Assembly: GCA_002319915.1 (NCBI GenBank)
Contig: DCFQ01000038.1
Coordinates: forward strand, 3,370 to 67,369
Direction of reading: 5' to 3'
Length of the DNA stretch: 64,000 nt
From: Bacteroidales bacterium UBA1800
Lineage (GTDB): Bacteria; Bacteroidota; Bacteroidia; Bacteroidales; VadinHA17
Below, piece by piece: positions 8,355 to 18,257 of this stretch (position 1 is the stretch's first letter; every line of letters begins with the position of its first letter). The notes beneath the pieces were generated by a model that was not told the DNA's origin, made no database searches, and saw only the letters and a program-made list of their open reading frames with translations. The position numbers were made by a program, and so were the translations under genes.

Positions 8355-10811
8355 TTATCGGATTTTGGCACCCACCTCGGCCTCGTAAGCCCTGATAAGA
8401 TTATTCATGACCTTATCAATGCTTTTGTCAGTCAGCGTCTTCAGTTCATCACGAAGAATAAAGCTTACGGCATACGATTTCTTATTGGGTCCCAGGCTTT
8501 CACTTTCATATACATCGAACAGGTTCACTTCCTGGAGGATGTTCTTCTCGACCCGGAAAGCAATCTCTTTCAGTTTGCCGAAATTCACCCCCTTGTCAAG
8601 GAGTATTGCCAGGTCACGTCTTACCGACGGATATTTAGGCAGCTCATGGAATGTTATTGAATTGTTCCTGATTGTTTTGAGAACAAGATCCCAGTCTATA
8701 TGGCTGTACCAGACATCCTGGTCAATATCGAACATTTTAAGGTAACTTTTAGATATTTTCCCGGTTTCGGCCAGTAGTTGCTTGTTACGGAGCCAGGTCA
8801 CCGACTCGGTAAAATACTTTCTGTCACTTTCCCCGGTCTCAAGCGAATCGGCATTAATGCCCAGCCTGGCAAATATCATTTCGGTGGAGGCCTTTATATG
8901 GAAGAAATTGGTCGGCACCGGCTTAAGCTGCCAGTTTTCTTTTTCATGATTTCCACTGATGAACAGGTCGAGCGAGCCTCTTTCGCGATAATCATCCGCG
9001 ATGGGCGGTGTATGGCTGCTGCCGGTCCTGAAATAGCAGTTCCCGAATTCATAGAATTTGACATCGCTGTTCTGTCGGTTTATGTTACGGGAAACGGAGC
9101 TTAACCCTCCGAACAGCAGCGACTGCCTCATGGCATTTAGGTCAGAGCTCAGCGGATTAGCCAGCATCACAAGCTCCCCGGGTCTAAAATCCTCGTTGCT
9201 TTCAAACCAGGCGGCAGGGATGAGCGAGTTGCACATGATCTCGGCAAAACCATTGGAAGAGAGAAGATCAGAAACTATGTTCACAACCTTTTCTTTATCC
9301 GGCTTTTCTACGAATGTCAGGGTCGAGTTGACATGGCTGTCGATCTCCACATTATTGTACCCGTAGATCCTCAGGATCTCTTCAATAACATCCGCTTCCT
9401 GCTTTACATCGACCCTGTATGCCGGTATTTCAAGCAGCAGGGTGCCGCCTTTTTCCTCGATCACCTTAATGTCGAGCAGAGAAAGTATCTTCCTGATTGT
9501 CTCCGGTTCTATCTTCTTCCCGATAAGCCTAGAAATATTCCCGTAGCTGACTTCGATACTCACATCCGGGATCTTTTCCGGGTATATGTCTATGATCCCC
9601 GAGGTAATTTCACCGCCGGCACATTCCTTGATCAGAAGGGCAGCTCTTTTAAGGGCCCAAACTGTAATGTTGGGATCCGTTCCTCTCTCGAACCTGAATG
9701 ATGCATCGGTCTGGAGCCCATGCCGTTTAGACGTTTTTCGTATGGAAACGGGATTAAAATGCGCACTTTCAAGAAAAATACTTGTGGTTTCCTCCGTCAC
9801 GCCTGATTTAATCCCGCCGAATACTCCTGCAATGCACATGCCCTCGTCGGCATTGCATATCATCAGGTCGCGCGATGAGAGCTCCCTTTCTGCAGAGTCG
9901 AGGGTAATAAACCTGGTCCCTGACGGAAGGTTCCTCACGATCACCTTATTGCCGGTTATCCTGGCAGCATCGAACGCATGAAGAGGCTGTCCTATCTCGT
10001 GCTGGACGAAGTTCGTGATATCCACGACATTGCTGATCGGATTCAGTCCGATGGCTTTAAGCTTGTTCCTGAGCCATTCAGGCGATTCACCCACTTTAAG
10101 GCCGCTTATGGTCAATCCCGAATACCTTGGGCAGTCCCTCCTGTTTTCAACTATCACCCCGATGGTATTTGATTCATTGTCAGGCTTAAATCTGTCGACT
10201 GGCGGCGTCACGGCTTTGTAATCACCGTTGCCGTTGATGCTAAGGTATGCGGCAAGGTCCCGTGCAACTCCGAAATGGGATCCGCTATCGATCCTGTTCG
10301 GCGTGAGCCCGATCTCATATATTATGTCGGTGACAACATTTAGATATTCGCTCGCAGGAGTGCCCGGTACGGCATTCCCGTCCAAAACGATGACTCCGGT
10401 GTGATCCGTTCCCAGGCCCAGCTCATCTTCGGCACAGATCATCCCTTCAGATATCTCCCCCCTTATTTTGGATTTCCTTATCTCAAACTTCTCATCACCC
10501 TTGTAAAGAACCGTTCCAGGGAGGGCCACCAGCACTTTCTGCCCCGCTGCGACATTAGGGGCGCCGCAAACAATCCTTGCCGGCTCCCCGGCTCCCGTGT
10601 CAACGGTGGTGACTGACAGCTTGTCGGCATCAGGGTGCTTCGAGCAGGTTATGACTTCCCCGACCACAATACCTTTCAGGCTGCCTTTTACGGACTCCCA
10701 TTCCTCGACGGCTTCGACCTCAAGACCGATTCCCGTCAGTATATCAGAAAGCTTATGCGGGTCGATGTCTATGCTGAGATAATCCTTTAGCCAGTTATAA
10801 GAAATTTTCAT
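8355..10811 (-). CDS. pheT: phenylalanine--tRNA ligase beta subunit
   Basis: 818 aa with an N-terminal MKISYNWLKDYL and a length and domain order typical of bacterial PheT. Confidence 0.95.
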   Translation of the reverse strand: MKISYNWLKDYLSIDIDPHKLSDILTGIGLEVEAVEEWESVKGSLKGIVVGEVITCSKHPDADKLSVTTVDTGAGEPARIVCGAPNVAAGQKVLVALPGTVLYKGDEKFEIRKSKIRGEISEGMICAEDELGLGTDHTGVIVLDGNAVPGTPASEYLNVVTDIIYEIGLTPNRIDSGSHFGVARDLAAYLSINGNGDYKAVTPPVDRFKPDNESNTIGVIVENRRDCPRYSGLTISGLKVGESPEWLRNKLKAIGLNPISNVVDITNFVQHEIGQPLHAFDAARITGNKVIVRNLPSGTRFITLDSAERELSSRDLMICNADEGMCIAGVFGGIKSGVTEETTSIFLESAHFNPVSIRKTSKRHGLQTDASFRFERGTDPNITVWALKRAALLIKECAGGEITSGIIDIYPEKIPDVSIEVSYGNISRLIGKKIEPETIRKILSLLDIKVIEEKGGTLLLEIPAYRVDVKQEADVIEEILRIYGYNNVEIDSHVNSTLTFVEKPDKEKVVNIVSDLLSSNGFAEIMCNSLIPAAWFESNEDFRPGELVMLANPLSSDLNAMRQSLLFGGLSSVSRNINRQNSDVKFYEFGNCYFRTGSSHTPPIADDYRERGSLDLFISGNHEKENWQLKPVPTNFFHIKASTEMIFARLGINADSLETGESDRKYFTESVTWLRNKQLLAETGKISKSYLKMFDIDQDVWYSHIDWDLVLKTIRNNSITFHELPKYPSVRRDLAILLDKGVNFGKLKEIAFRVEKNILQEVNLFDVYESESLGPNKKSYAVSFILRDELKTLTDKSIDKVMNNLIRAYEAEVGAKIR

Positions 10812-10971
10812 TTAGCGAATAATAAGAGGTTCACAAGAGTGCAAAAGTAAACAATTTACGGAAAGGAGCCCAAAGCCCGGACAATCTTTAGCCGGTCCCC
10901 TGCACACATTGGCCGGGCAGGCTGTGAACTTCGTGTGTATAACATTTTTACCGCCGGAAAGGGGAATTCCC

Positions 10972-10979
10972 TATCTTTG
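10972..10979 (+). promoter_or_regulatory. candidate Bacteroidota -7 promoter box (TATCTTTG) for surE
   Basis: The sequence matches TAnnTTTG and lies 19 nt upstream of the surE ATG at 10998, in a divergent spacer. Confidence 0.35.
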
Positions 10980-10997
10980 TGTATCAAAAGGATTTTT

Positions 10998-11780
10998 ATG
11001 GAACTGGGCAGTGAAGACAAGCTTATTCTGATCACAAATGATGACGGATTGTATGCCGAGGGCCTGCGGACCCTCCTGGAGGTGATGGAGGAATTCGGCA
11101 AGATCGTGCTCGTCTCAACAATTGAAAGCATGTCAGGAATGTCCCAGGCTCTAACCGTCAAGACCCCGCTCAGGGTAAAGCTGCTGGAAGAGACCGATAA
11201 CCGCAGGATCTATACCTGCAACGGGACACCAACCGACAGTATCAAGCTTGCCGTAAATCAGCTGCTCGGGAGAAAGCCCGACTGGGTGGTTTCAGGGATC
11301 AATCACGGTGCAAATGCTTCGGTGAGCGTCCTTTATTCGGGAACGATGGCGGCTGCGCTGGAAGGATGCCTGTACGGGATCAATTCTGTCGGGTTTTCCC
11401 TGAACGACTTTTCGCGTACTGCCAATTTCAGGCCCTGCAAGAAGTATATAAGGATTGTGATGAAAACCCTTGCCGGCCAATCGCTGCCTCCTGGGATATG
11501 TCTGAATGTCAACATCCCGGCGGTGGGTGAAGACGATATTAAGGGTATCATGATCTGCCGCCAGGCAAAGGGCAACTGGAAAGAGGAGTTCGAGAAAAGG
11601 AAGGATCCGATGGGCCGGACCTACTACTGGCTTACCGGGATGTTCCATAATCATGAACCGGAAGCGACCGATACTGATGAATGGGCCCTGGCCAATGGCT
11701 ATGTCTCCATTGTGCCCGTTTCGGTTGATATGACGGCGCACTGGTATCTGGATGATCTGAAACAACGATTCGGGGCATGA
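10998..11780 (+). CDS. surE: 5'/3'-nucleotidase SurE
   Basis: It carries the ILITNDDG motif and SGINHGAN. I prefer the internal ATG at 10998 over the ORF-track start at 10935, because SurE proteins begin just before the NDDG motif. Confidence 0.95.
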   Translation: MELGSEDKLILITNDDGLYAEGLRTLLEVMEEFGKIVLVSTIESMSGMSQALTVKTPLRVKLLEETDNRRIYTCNGTPTDSIKLAVNQLLGRKPDWVVSGINHGANASVSVLYSGTMAAALEGCLYGINSVGFSLNDFSRTANFRPCKKYIRIVMKTLAGQSLPPGICLNVNIPAVGEDDIKGIMICRQAKGNWKEEFEKRKDPMGRTYYWLTGMFHNHEPEATDTDEWALANGYVSIVPVSVDMTAHWYLDDLKQRFGA

Positions 11781-12076
11781 GCATGACGGAAAAACTCGAC
11801 AAGGTGGTCGCCGGTGTCGCTGCCGGCTTTATATTACCCCTTCTCACCATATTGATAATTTACCTGTTCTCGACGGGAGACAAAGGCATTGTTCATTATT
11901 TCAGGAGGATTCTCGAAGCCGACATACTTACACATGTCATCTCACTATGCGTACTTCCCAACCTGGTCCTTTTTCTTATCCTGAACCGGCTCGATATGCT
12001 TCGGGCTACAAGAGGCGTGCTTGGCATTACCATCTTCTGGGCTACCGTGGTTTTTGCCGTTAAATTTTTCGTATGA
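11777..12076 (+). CDS. small hypothetical membrane protein
   Basis: 99 aa with three hydrophobic helices. ATGA overlaps link it to surE (11777-11780) and to lpxB (12073-12076), which suggests translational coupling. Confidence 0.4.
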   Translation: MSMTEKLDKVVAGVAAGFILPLLTILIIYLFSTGDKGIVHYFRRILEADILTHVISLCVLPNLVLFLILNRLDMLRATRGVLGITIFWATVVFAVKFFV

Positions 12077-13194
12077 GGTATTTCATCGTAGCCGGGGAAC
12101 AGTCAGGAGACCTTCACGGTTCAAACCTTGTGAGGGAAATTATAAGGACCGACAGCAAGGCTGCCATAAGCTGCTGGGGAGGAAATCTCATGGAATCTGC
12201 AGGCGCCAAGCTCCTCATGCATTACAGGAATACTGCTTACATGGGGTTTGTCACCATTCTGAAGAATCTTGGTGCAATAAAGAGGAATCTTGAACTCTGC
12301 CGTCAGCAGATAACGGATTTCAAGCCTGACGTTGTGATACTGATCGACTACCCGGGCTTCAACCTGAGGATTGCCAGTTTTGCGAAGGAATCGGGACTCA
12401 GGGTATTTTATTATATATCACCGAAATTCTGGGCCTGGAATGAAAAACGGGTCGAAAAGATAAAGAGGTTCGTCGACCGGATCTACATCATATTCCCCTT
12501 TGAAGTCGAATTCTACAGGAAACATGGGATCGAAGCTGTCTATTGCGGAAACCCGTTGCTTGATGAGACTGAAAGGAAGATCCGGTCATTTCCTGCGAGA
12601 TACGAGCTGAAGAAGGCCCTTGGAATCACCGGGAAACCTGTGATCGCGCTCCTGGCAGGCAGCAGGAAAAGCGAAGTGGAGCAGGTGCTTCCGAGGATGC
12701 TGGCTGTGATCGAAGATCTTCCTGATTACCAGTTTGTCCTGGCAGGTGTCGGGAGTATTCCTGACCGGCTTTACCGGACGATCATTGGTGAAAACCATGT
12801 TACCCTCATCAAGGACAGGACCTACGAGATCCTCAGGATATCTGAAGCTGCGCTGGTGACCTCAGGGACCGCAACCCTCGAAACGGCTTTGCTGAATGTG
12901 CCGCAGGTGGTTTGTTACCACGGGGATTTTTTTTCAATGGTGATCGCATGGCTGGTTATCAGGGTGAAGTTCATTTCGCTCGTTAACCTGATCATGGGGA
13001 GGGAGGTTGTAAAGGAGCTTATTCAGTACGACCTGAGCCGGAAAAAGCTTGCAACTGAGCTTCAGTCGGTACTTCCGGGCGGGATCAGGCGCAAGATGGT
13101 CCTGGATGATTATAAATCGCTGAAGCAGATCCTTGGCGATGAGGGTGCGTCCGGAAGGGTGGCTGAAGATATGGTCAGGACCCTTGGGGGGTGA
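12073..13194 (+). CDS. lpxB: lipid-A-disaccharide synthase
   Basis: 373 aa with an N-terminal MRYFIVAGEQSGDLHG motif typical of LpxB, plus a GT-B C-terminal SGTATLE motif. Confidence 0.9.
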   Translation: MRYFIVAGEQSGDLHGSNLVREIIRTDSKAAISCWGGNLMESAGAKLLMHYRNTAYMGFVTILKNLGAIKRNLELCRQQITDFKPDVVILIDYPGFNLRIASFAKESGLRVFYYISPKFWAWNEKRVEKIKRFVDRIYIIFPFEVEFYRKHGIEAVYCGNPLLDETERKIRSFPARYELKKALGITGKPVIALLAGSRKSEVEQVLPRMLAVIEDLPDYQFVLAGVGSIPDRLYRTIIGENHVTLIKDRTYEILRISEAALVTSGTATLETALLNVPQVVCYHGDFFSMVIAWLVIRVKFISLVNLIMGREVVKELIQYDLSRKKLATELQSVLPGGIRRKMVLDDYKSLKQILGDEGASGRVAEDMVRTLGG

Positions 13195-13413
13195 TTAGTT
13201 GCTGGATGCTGGTCGCTGCTAACTGGTCTTATTTGCATGATTGTCCCGACGCGCTGGTCGGGATCTACGCTTCGCTACGACATGATTGCATGACACAAAA
13301 GCATAATAAGAGACTCCCCCTCGCCCCTGGGAGAGGGGGACACAGGGGGTGAGGCCGGCGGACGGTTAGCTGGATGCTAGGTGCTGGTTACTGGGATTGG
13401 TGATTGGTTATTT
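13195..13413. repeat. composite intergenic palindromic element (TGCTGG arms, GCATGATTG words, two GC hairpins)
   Basis: Direct TGCTGG-rich arms lie at 13195-13228 and 13366-13413. A first hairpin is TCCCGAC-GCGCTG-GTCGGGA at 13244-13263. A second hairpin pairs TCCCCCTC with GAGGGGGA at 13315-13340. The 46 nt at 13233-13278 are the exact reverse complement of 45696-45741. Confidence 0.85.
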
Positions 13414-13438
13414 GTAAGCTTTAAAAGTCTGTTGGACA

Positions 13439-14590
13439 ATGTTTTGGAGGATACTGGTACTGCAAACGACTCTGTCAGTTTATTGCTGCGTAGCAACCGG
13501 CCAGGTGAGGATCAGGGTCTTTTCTGACAAACCCACCGTATCTGCTATTCTTACCCCTGTCAGGGGAGAATACCTTCTTGATATATTTGATGGAAAGCCG
13601 GTGCCTCTTAAAACCAGTGAGCCTGTCATCCTGGAACGTTACGACGGGAGGATCGCCGTCAAGACAAGAAATTCCGGGAGTTTTATTTGTGATTCGCTGA
13701 TCGTAAGTCCATTAGCCGGGAATTCCGAGTTTTCGCTCCGGAACAATTCCTCACCTCCGGTCAGGCAGGTCTATTGCGGCGACCTCCGGTGCTACCCGGA
13801 TCTTGGCAAGATCATCCTTGTCAATACCTGCGATATTGAACAGTATATCGCCGGGGTGGTAAAAGCCGAAGGCGGAAGCGGAAGGTATATCGAATACATC
13901 AAGAGCCAGGCCCTTCTCGCTCGGACATATATGTACAAGTATTTCTACCGTCATTCGCTCGACAGGTATAATCTTTGCGACAATACGCATTGCCAGGCTT
14001 TTAACGGCATTACAAATGATTCGATTATCATCAGGGCTGCAATGGAGACGAAAGGGCTGGTCGTTCTGGACAGGGACAGTATGCTAATCAATTCGGCGTT
14101 CCATTCAAACTGCGGGGGAGAAACCTGTTCTTCCGGGGATGTCTGGCTTTCGGATTACTCATACCTTAAAAAGGTGACAGATCCCTATTGCAGGGCAGGC
14201 CGGAACGCCGTATGGACCAGGTCCATACCCCTTCAGGAATGGAAAGCATACCTTGTTTCCTCGGGCTGGTCAGGTTCCATGGCCGACCCTTCACTATTTG
14301 GATTTTCCCAGCTCACCAGGCAGAAGGATTACAGGATAGGTTCATTTTCACTTCCATTCAGCAAGATCAGGAATGATCTGAAGCTGCGATCAGCATTCTT
14401 TTCAGTGTTGGTCAATGACAATATGGTAACCCTGAAGGGCAGGGGATACGGGCATGGAGTCGGGCTATGCCAGGAAGGAGCAATGGTGATGGCAGCAAAA
14501 GGACTAAAATACAGTGATATAATACGGTTTTACTTTTCCGGTGTAATTATTACAGACGTTAAATTTATTAAGCCTGCTGCTCAAATTTAA
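13439..14590 (+). CDS. SpoIID/LytB domain protein (peptidoglycan amidase enhancer-like)
   Basis: 383 aa with a signal peptide, a FHSNCGG motif and a C-terminal GYGHGVGLCQEGA motif typical of SpoIID. Confidence 0.8.
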   Translation: MFWRILVLQTTLSVYCCVATGQVRIRVFSDKPTVSAILTPVRGEYLLDIFDGKPVPLKTSEPVILERYDGRIAVKTRNSGSFICDSLIVSPLAGNSEFSLRNNSSPPVRQVYCGDLRCYPDLGKIILVNTCDIEQYIAGVVKAEGGSGRYIEYIKSQALLARTYMYKYFYRHSLDRYNLCDNTHCQAFNGITNDSIIIRAAMETKGLVVLDRDSMLINSAFHSNCGGETCSSGDVWLSDYSYLKKVTDPYCRAGRNAVWTRSIPLQEWKAYLVSSGWSGSMADPSLFGFSQLTRQKDYRIGSFSLPFSKIRNDLKLRSAFFSVLVNDNMVTLKGRGYGHGVGLCQEGAMVMAAKGLKYSDIIRFYFSGVIITDVKFIKPAAQI

Positions 14591-14654
14591 TGTTAAAACA
14601 CAGGGTTCTGGATTCGGATTTTAACAGCAGGTATCGGGAAGGACAGGATATTTG

Positions 14655-14662
14655 TAACTTTG
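14655..14662 (+). promoter_or_regulatory. candidate Bacteroidota -7 promoter box (TAACTTTG) for gldF
   Basis: The sequence matches TAnnTTTG and lies 19 nt upstream of the ATG at 14681. Confidence 0.35.
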
Positions 14663-14680
14663 GAAACCTAATTGAAAATA

Positions 14681-15424
14681 ATGTTTGCCATTTTCAGGAA
14701 AGAGATCAACGGGTTCTTCAGCAGTCTGACCGGCTACATTGTCATTGCCGTGTTTCTGCTGATCAATTCCCTCTTTATGTGGATATTCCCCGGGCAATGG
14801 AATATCCTCGACAGCGGTTATGCAAGCCTGGACACACTGTTTTTTATTTCGCCCTGGGTATTCCTTTTCCTTGTGCCGGCCGTGACAATGAGGATGATTG
14901 CTGAGGAGAAGCGTCTCGGAACACTGGAACTGATCTACTCCAGGCCTCTTTCGGAAAGGGAGCTCATCTACGGAAAATACCTGGCTTCAGTTGTTCTGGT
15001 GCTCCTGGCATTGATCCCCGGACTTGTATATTTCCTGTCGGTATGGCTCCTTGGGGAGACTCCCGGGAATCTCGATGAGGGAGCAACATGGGGAGCATTC
15101 ATAGGCCTGTTCTTTCTCGCCGCCGTTTATGCTTCAGCCGGGTTATTTGCTTCTTCATTGACAGATAACCAGGTAATTGCATTTATAATTGCAGTGCTGA
15201 TATCGTTTGTCATGTTCAGCGGATTTGATTCCCTTGCCTACCTGCCCGGACTTAAAAAGGTCGATGAGGTGATAATAAGACTTGGGATTAACGAGCATTA
15301 CAAATCGATGAGCAGGGGAGTCCTTGATCTCGGCGACATCGTATATTTCATTGCCGTCGTAGTTGTATTCAACGAAGCCACGAGGCTCGTCCTCATGTCG
15401 CGCAAATGGAAAAAAAGGAGCTGA
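14681..15424 (+). CDS. gldF: gliding-motility ABC transporter permease GldF
   Basis: ABC-2 type permease with about 6 TM helices and an N-terminal MFAIFRKEINGFFSS. The gldG gene follows directly. I prefer the ATG at 14681 over the TTG at 14672. Confidence 0.75.
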   Translation: MFAIFRKEINGFFSSLTGYIVIAVFLLINSLFMWIFPGQWNILDSGYASLDTLFFISPWVFLFLVPAVTMRMIAEEKRLGTLELIYSRPLSERELIYGKYLASVVLVLLALIPGLVYFLSVWLLGETPGNLDEGATWGAFIGLFFLAAVYASAGLFASSLTDNQVIAFIIAVLISFVMFSGFDSLAYLPGLKKVDEVIIRLGINEHYKSMSRGVLDLGDIVYFIAVVVVFNEATRLVLMSRKWKKRS

Positions 15425-15427
15425 TCT

Positions 15428-17146
15428 ATGACTGAAATGAGCAAGACAAAGGATATCAGGCCAAGGAGCTGGCTCCAGTTTGCCACTTCTGTGGCGATCG
15501 TTCTGCTGATTGCCGTAATCGCCTCGCTCCTGATGGTCAGGATTGACCTGACAAGCGACAGGCGCTTCTCGCTTTCGGCCCCTACACGGAAAATCCTGTC
15601 GGGACTCAAGAACGACATCTATATCCAGGTTTATCTTGAGGGTGAAATGCCTATTCCCTTTAAGCGGCTCAGACGCTCTGTGAAGGAAATGCTTGATGAG
15701 TTCAGGATCGCTTCCGGGAGAAGGATCGACTATGAGTTCATCAATCCTTCAGCCGGTGCGGATGTAAAGCAAAGGAACGTACAATACCAGTCGCTGCTGT
15801 CAAAAGGGCTCAACCCGGTGAATATCCAGGCGGGAGATGCCGAAGGAGGATCGAGCCAGAAGATAATTTTCCCGGGCATGATCGTCAATTACAACGGGAT
15901 TGAGGTCCCGGTAAATTTCCTTAAGAACAATCCTGCAGCCACTGCGGAAGAGAACCTTCTCCATTCCGAGGAAGGTCTTGAATACGATATGATCCAGACG
16001 ATCTCGACCCTTAGTGCCGATACCATCTACAGGATTGCATTCCTCGAGGGCCAGGGCGAGATCCCTGAAGCCGGGGTCGCCGACATAACTCTTAACCTTG
16101 CCAGGTTTTTCACTGTCGACAGGGGTACCATTAACGGGATGCCCGGAGTTCTCGACAAATACGCCGCAGTTATTGTTGCAGGTCCGGAGGACCAGTTCAG
16201 GGAGGAGGATAAATATGTCCTCGATCAGTACATCATGAACGGGGGTAAGGTGGTCTGGCTGATAGATGAGGTGAATGTGAATACCGACAGCCTGGTTTGG
16301 GGAGAAACGGCTGCCCTTTACAAGCCGCTGAATATCGAGGACCAGCTGTTCAGGTACGGGGCAAGGATCAACCCGGTGATTGTTCAGGACCTCAATTGTG
16401 TGACTATCAGGCTCAAAATGATGACAGGTAATACACGTCAGCAGATCGTTCCGGTGCCATGGTATTATTTCCCGAAGCTCATCCCCGATAAGGATAATCC
16501 CGTGACCAGGAACCTCAACAAGGTGGAGGGCAGGTTTGTGAGTTATATCGACACCGTGGGACTCGACGGAAAGATCCGGAAGAGCATACTTCTCAGGACA
16601 TCCTCCAACTCCCGCGTCCTTACTCCTCCATTCATGGTGAGCCTTAAAGAGGCTGAATCACCCCCTGACGAAAGGACCTTCAACAAGTCAGGGCTGGCTG
16701 TTGCAGTTCTCCTGGAAGGAAATTTCACGTCGGCATTCAGGAACAGGTTTGTTCCGCCGCTGAGGGGGACAATGGCCGGGAATCCCAGGAGTGAGAGTGT
16801 CAGAACTAAAATGATCGTGATCTCCGATGCCGACATAATAAGAAATGATGTGCAGGTAACGGCCAATGGCCCGGCTCCCGCATCACAGCTGGGGCTTGAC
16901 AGGTACACGAGTGAGATGTACGGCAACAGGGACTTTATCGTCAATTGCATGAATTACCTGGTGGATGATAACGGCATCATGAACCTCAGGTCGCGGGAGC
17001 TGAAGCTGAGGCTTCTCGACAAAGCCAGGATCAGGAATGAACGGCTTGAATGGCAGCTTATTAACCTGGTCGGCCCGGTGCTGCTGGTGATCCTCTCCGG
17101 CCTTGTTTACTCTTACTTCAGGAAAAGAAAATATGCAAGGCCTTAA
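15428..17146 (+). CDS. gldG: gliding-motility ABC transporter auxiliary protein GldG
   Basis: 572 aa with N- and C-terminal TM anchors flanking a large periplasmic domain. It starts 3 nt after gldF. Confidence 0.75.
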   Translation: MTEMSKTKDIRPRSWLQFATSVAIVLLIAVIASLLMVRIDLTSDRRFSLSAPTRKILSGLKNDIYIQVYLEGEMPIPFKRLRRSVKEMLDEFRIASGRRIDYEFINPSAGADVKQRNVQYQSLLSKGLNPVNIQAGDAEGGSSQKIIFPGMIVNYNGIEVPVNFLKNNPAATAEENLLHSEEGLEYDMIQTISTLSADTIYRIAFLEGQGEIPEAGVADITLNLARFFTVDRGTINGMPGVLDKYAAVIVAGPEDQFREEDKYVLDQYIMNGGKVVWLIDEVNVNTDSLVWGETAALYKPLNIEDQLFRYGARINPVIVQDLNCVTIRLKMMTGNTRQQIVPVPWYYFPKLIPDKDNPVTRNLNKVEGRFVSYIDTVGLDGKIRKSILLRTSSNSRVLTPPFMVSLKEAESPPDERTFNKSGLAVAVLLEGNFTSAFRNRFVPPLRGTMAGNPRSESVRTKMIVISDADIIRNDVQVTANGPAPASQLGLDRYTSEMYGNRDFIVNCMNYLVDDNGIMNLRSRELKLRLLDKARIRNERLEWQLINLVGPVLLVILSGLVYSYFRKRKYARP

Positions 17147-18119
17147 ACCTGGTCGGAAAGCATTGGCAATTGCTACGGCACTGGTCATCCTGGCGGTCGT
17201 GGCGGTTCTTCTGATGAGGGGAAGATCACCTTTCGGGGGGAAGAATACTACGTTTGCAGTCAGCCCCGTAACCGGGATCTCACGGATCGAAATCTCCGAT
17301 GATAAATGCAAGGTTACCCTCGTGAAAAAGGCCGGCGGATGGTCGGTAAATGAAAAATATGAAGCCAGGAAAGGTGCGGTCAACGACCTGCTAGTCATAC
17401 TGGCGGAAATGCAGATAAAATCACCGGTCAGCCGGAAGATGTTCTATGAAGAGATCACGGCAAAAGGTTTTTCCCCAGTAAAGGTAAGGGTCTTTCATGC
17501 GGCAAGGCTGATCAGGTCCTTCTTCGTTTACAGGACCGGATCGAACCCGTACGGAAATATAATGAAGATGAGAGCAGCCTCCAAACCGTTCATTGTCAGC
17601 TTGCCAGGCATGGAGGCAGAGCTGGGTTCAGCCTTCAGCACCGACCCGCTGTACTGGCAGCCGTTTGTGCTCTTTGACCAGCTGCCTTCAGAAATATCCT
17701 CGGTAACCCTGGAGAACGGGACGGATCCTTCTTCATCCTTCACCATTACAAACACGGCAAACACTTTCTCTCTGAGCAATCTCAGCAGCGGGCTCACAGG
17801 CTGGGACACCGCCCGTGTAATAAGGTACCTGACCTATTTCACCCATGTTCCCTTCGAGGCGCCTGCAACCGGTTTGACGGCGACGGAAAAGGAAGAGATC
17901 ATCAAAACAAGCCCGCTGTACACAATAACCCTTGTCAGGAAGGACGGCGGGAAGCTGCAGGTGACGCTCCGGGATAGGTGGATCAGTCAAAACGGGGTAA
18001 GGTCAAGAGACACTGACAGGCTGTGGGCCGTGATCAATGGAAGGGAAGAGCTTTTTATCGTCAGGTATGTGGATATTGACCCTATCCTGAAAAAGAGTTC
18101 CTATTTCTTTCCGGGATAA
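17133..18119 (+). CDS. DUF4340-like membrane-anchored protein
   Basis: It has an N-terminal TM anchor and overlaps the gldG 3' end by 14 nt. Its position after gldFG fits the common gldF-gldG-DUF4340 arrangement. I prefer the ATG at 17133 over 17103. Confidence 0.5.
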   Translation: MQGLKPGRKALAIATALVILAVVAVLLMRGRSPFGGKNTTFAVSPVTGISRIEISDDKCKVTLVKKAGGWSVNEKYEARKGAVNDLLVILAEMQIKSPVSRKMFYEEITAKGFSPVKVRVFHAARLIRSFFVYRTGSNPYGNIMKMRAASKPFIVSLPGMEAELGSAFSTDPLYWQPFVLFDQLPSEISSVTLENGTDPSSSFTITNTANTFSLSNLSSGLTGWDTARVIRYLTYFTHVPFEAPATGLTATEKEEIIKTSPLYTITLVRKDGGKLQVTLRDRWISQNGVRSRDTDRLWAVINGREELFIVRYVDIDPILKKSSYFFPG

Positions 18120-18257
18120 GATTTTGTTTGAGGTTAAGACTTTTTTTTGTAATATTGATTGTTCGGAAATTGTCCTGAATAACTCTTCAATTAATCTGTA
18201 ATCAGTAAGTTGAGGAATAGCCGCGGACCTGTTAATTAACATTAAACCAGATATAAA

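Noticed and set aside
13195-13438. The spacers 13195-13438 and 32240-32483 are both exactly 244 bp long.
   Set aside because: Their sequences are not alignable apart from the shared general architecture. The equal length is most likely coincidence.
18120-18257. A possible replication origin upstream of dnaN.
   Set aside because: Only a single partial GGATAA match to a DnaA box is present. There is no cluster of TTATCCACA-like boxes, no marked AT-rich unwinding repeats and no adjacent dnaA.
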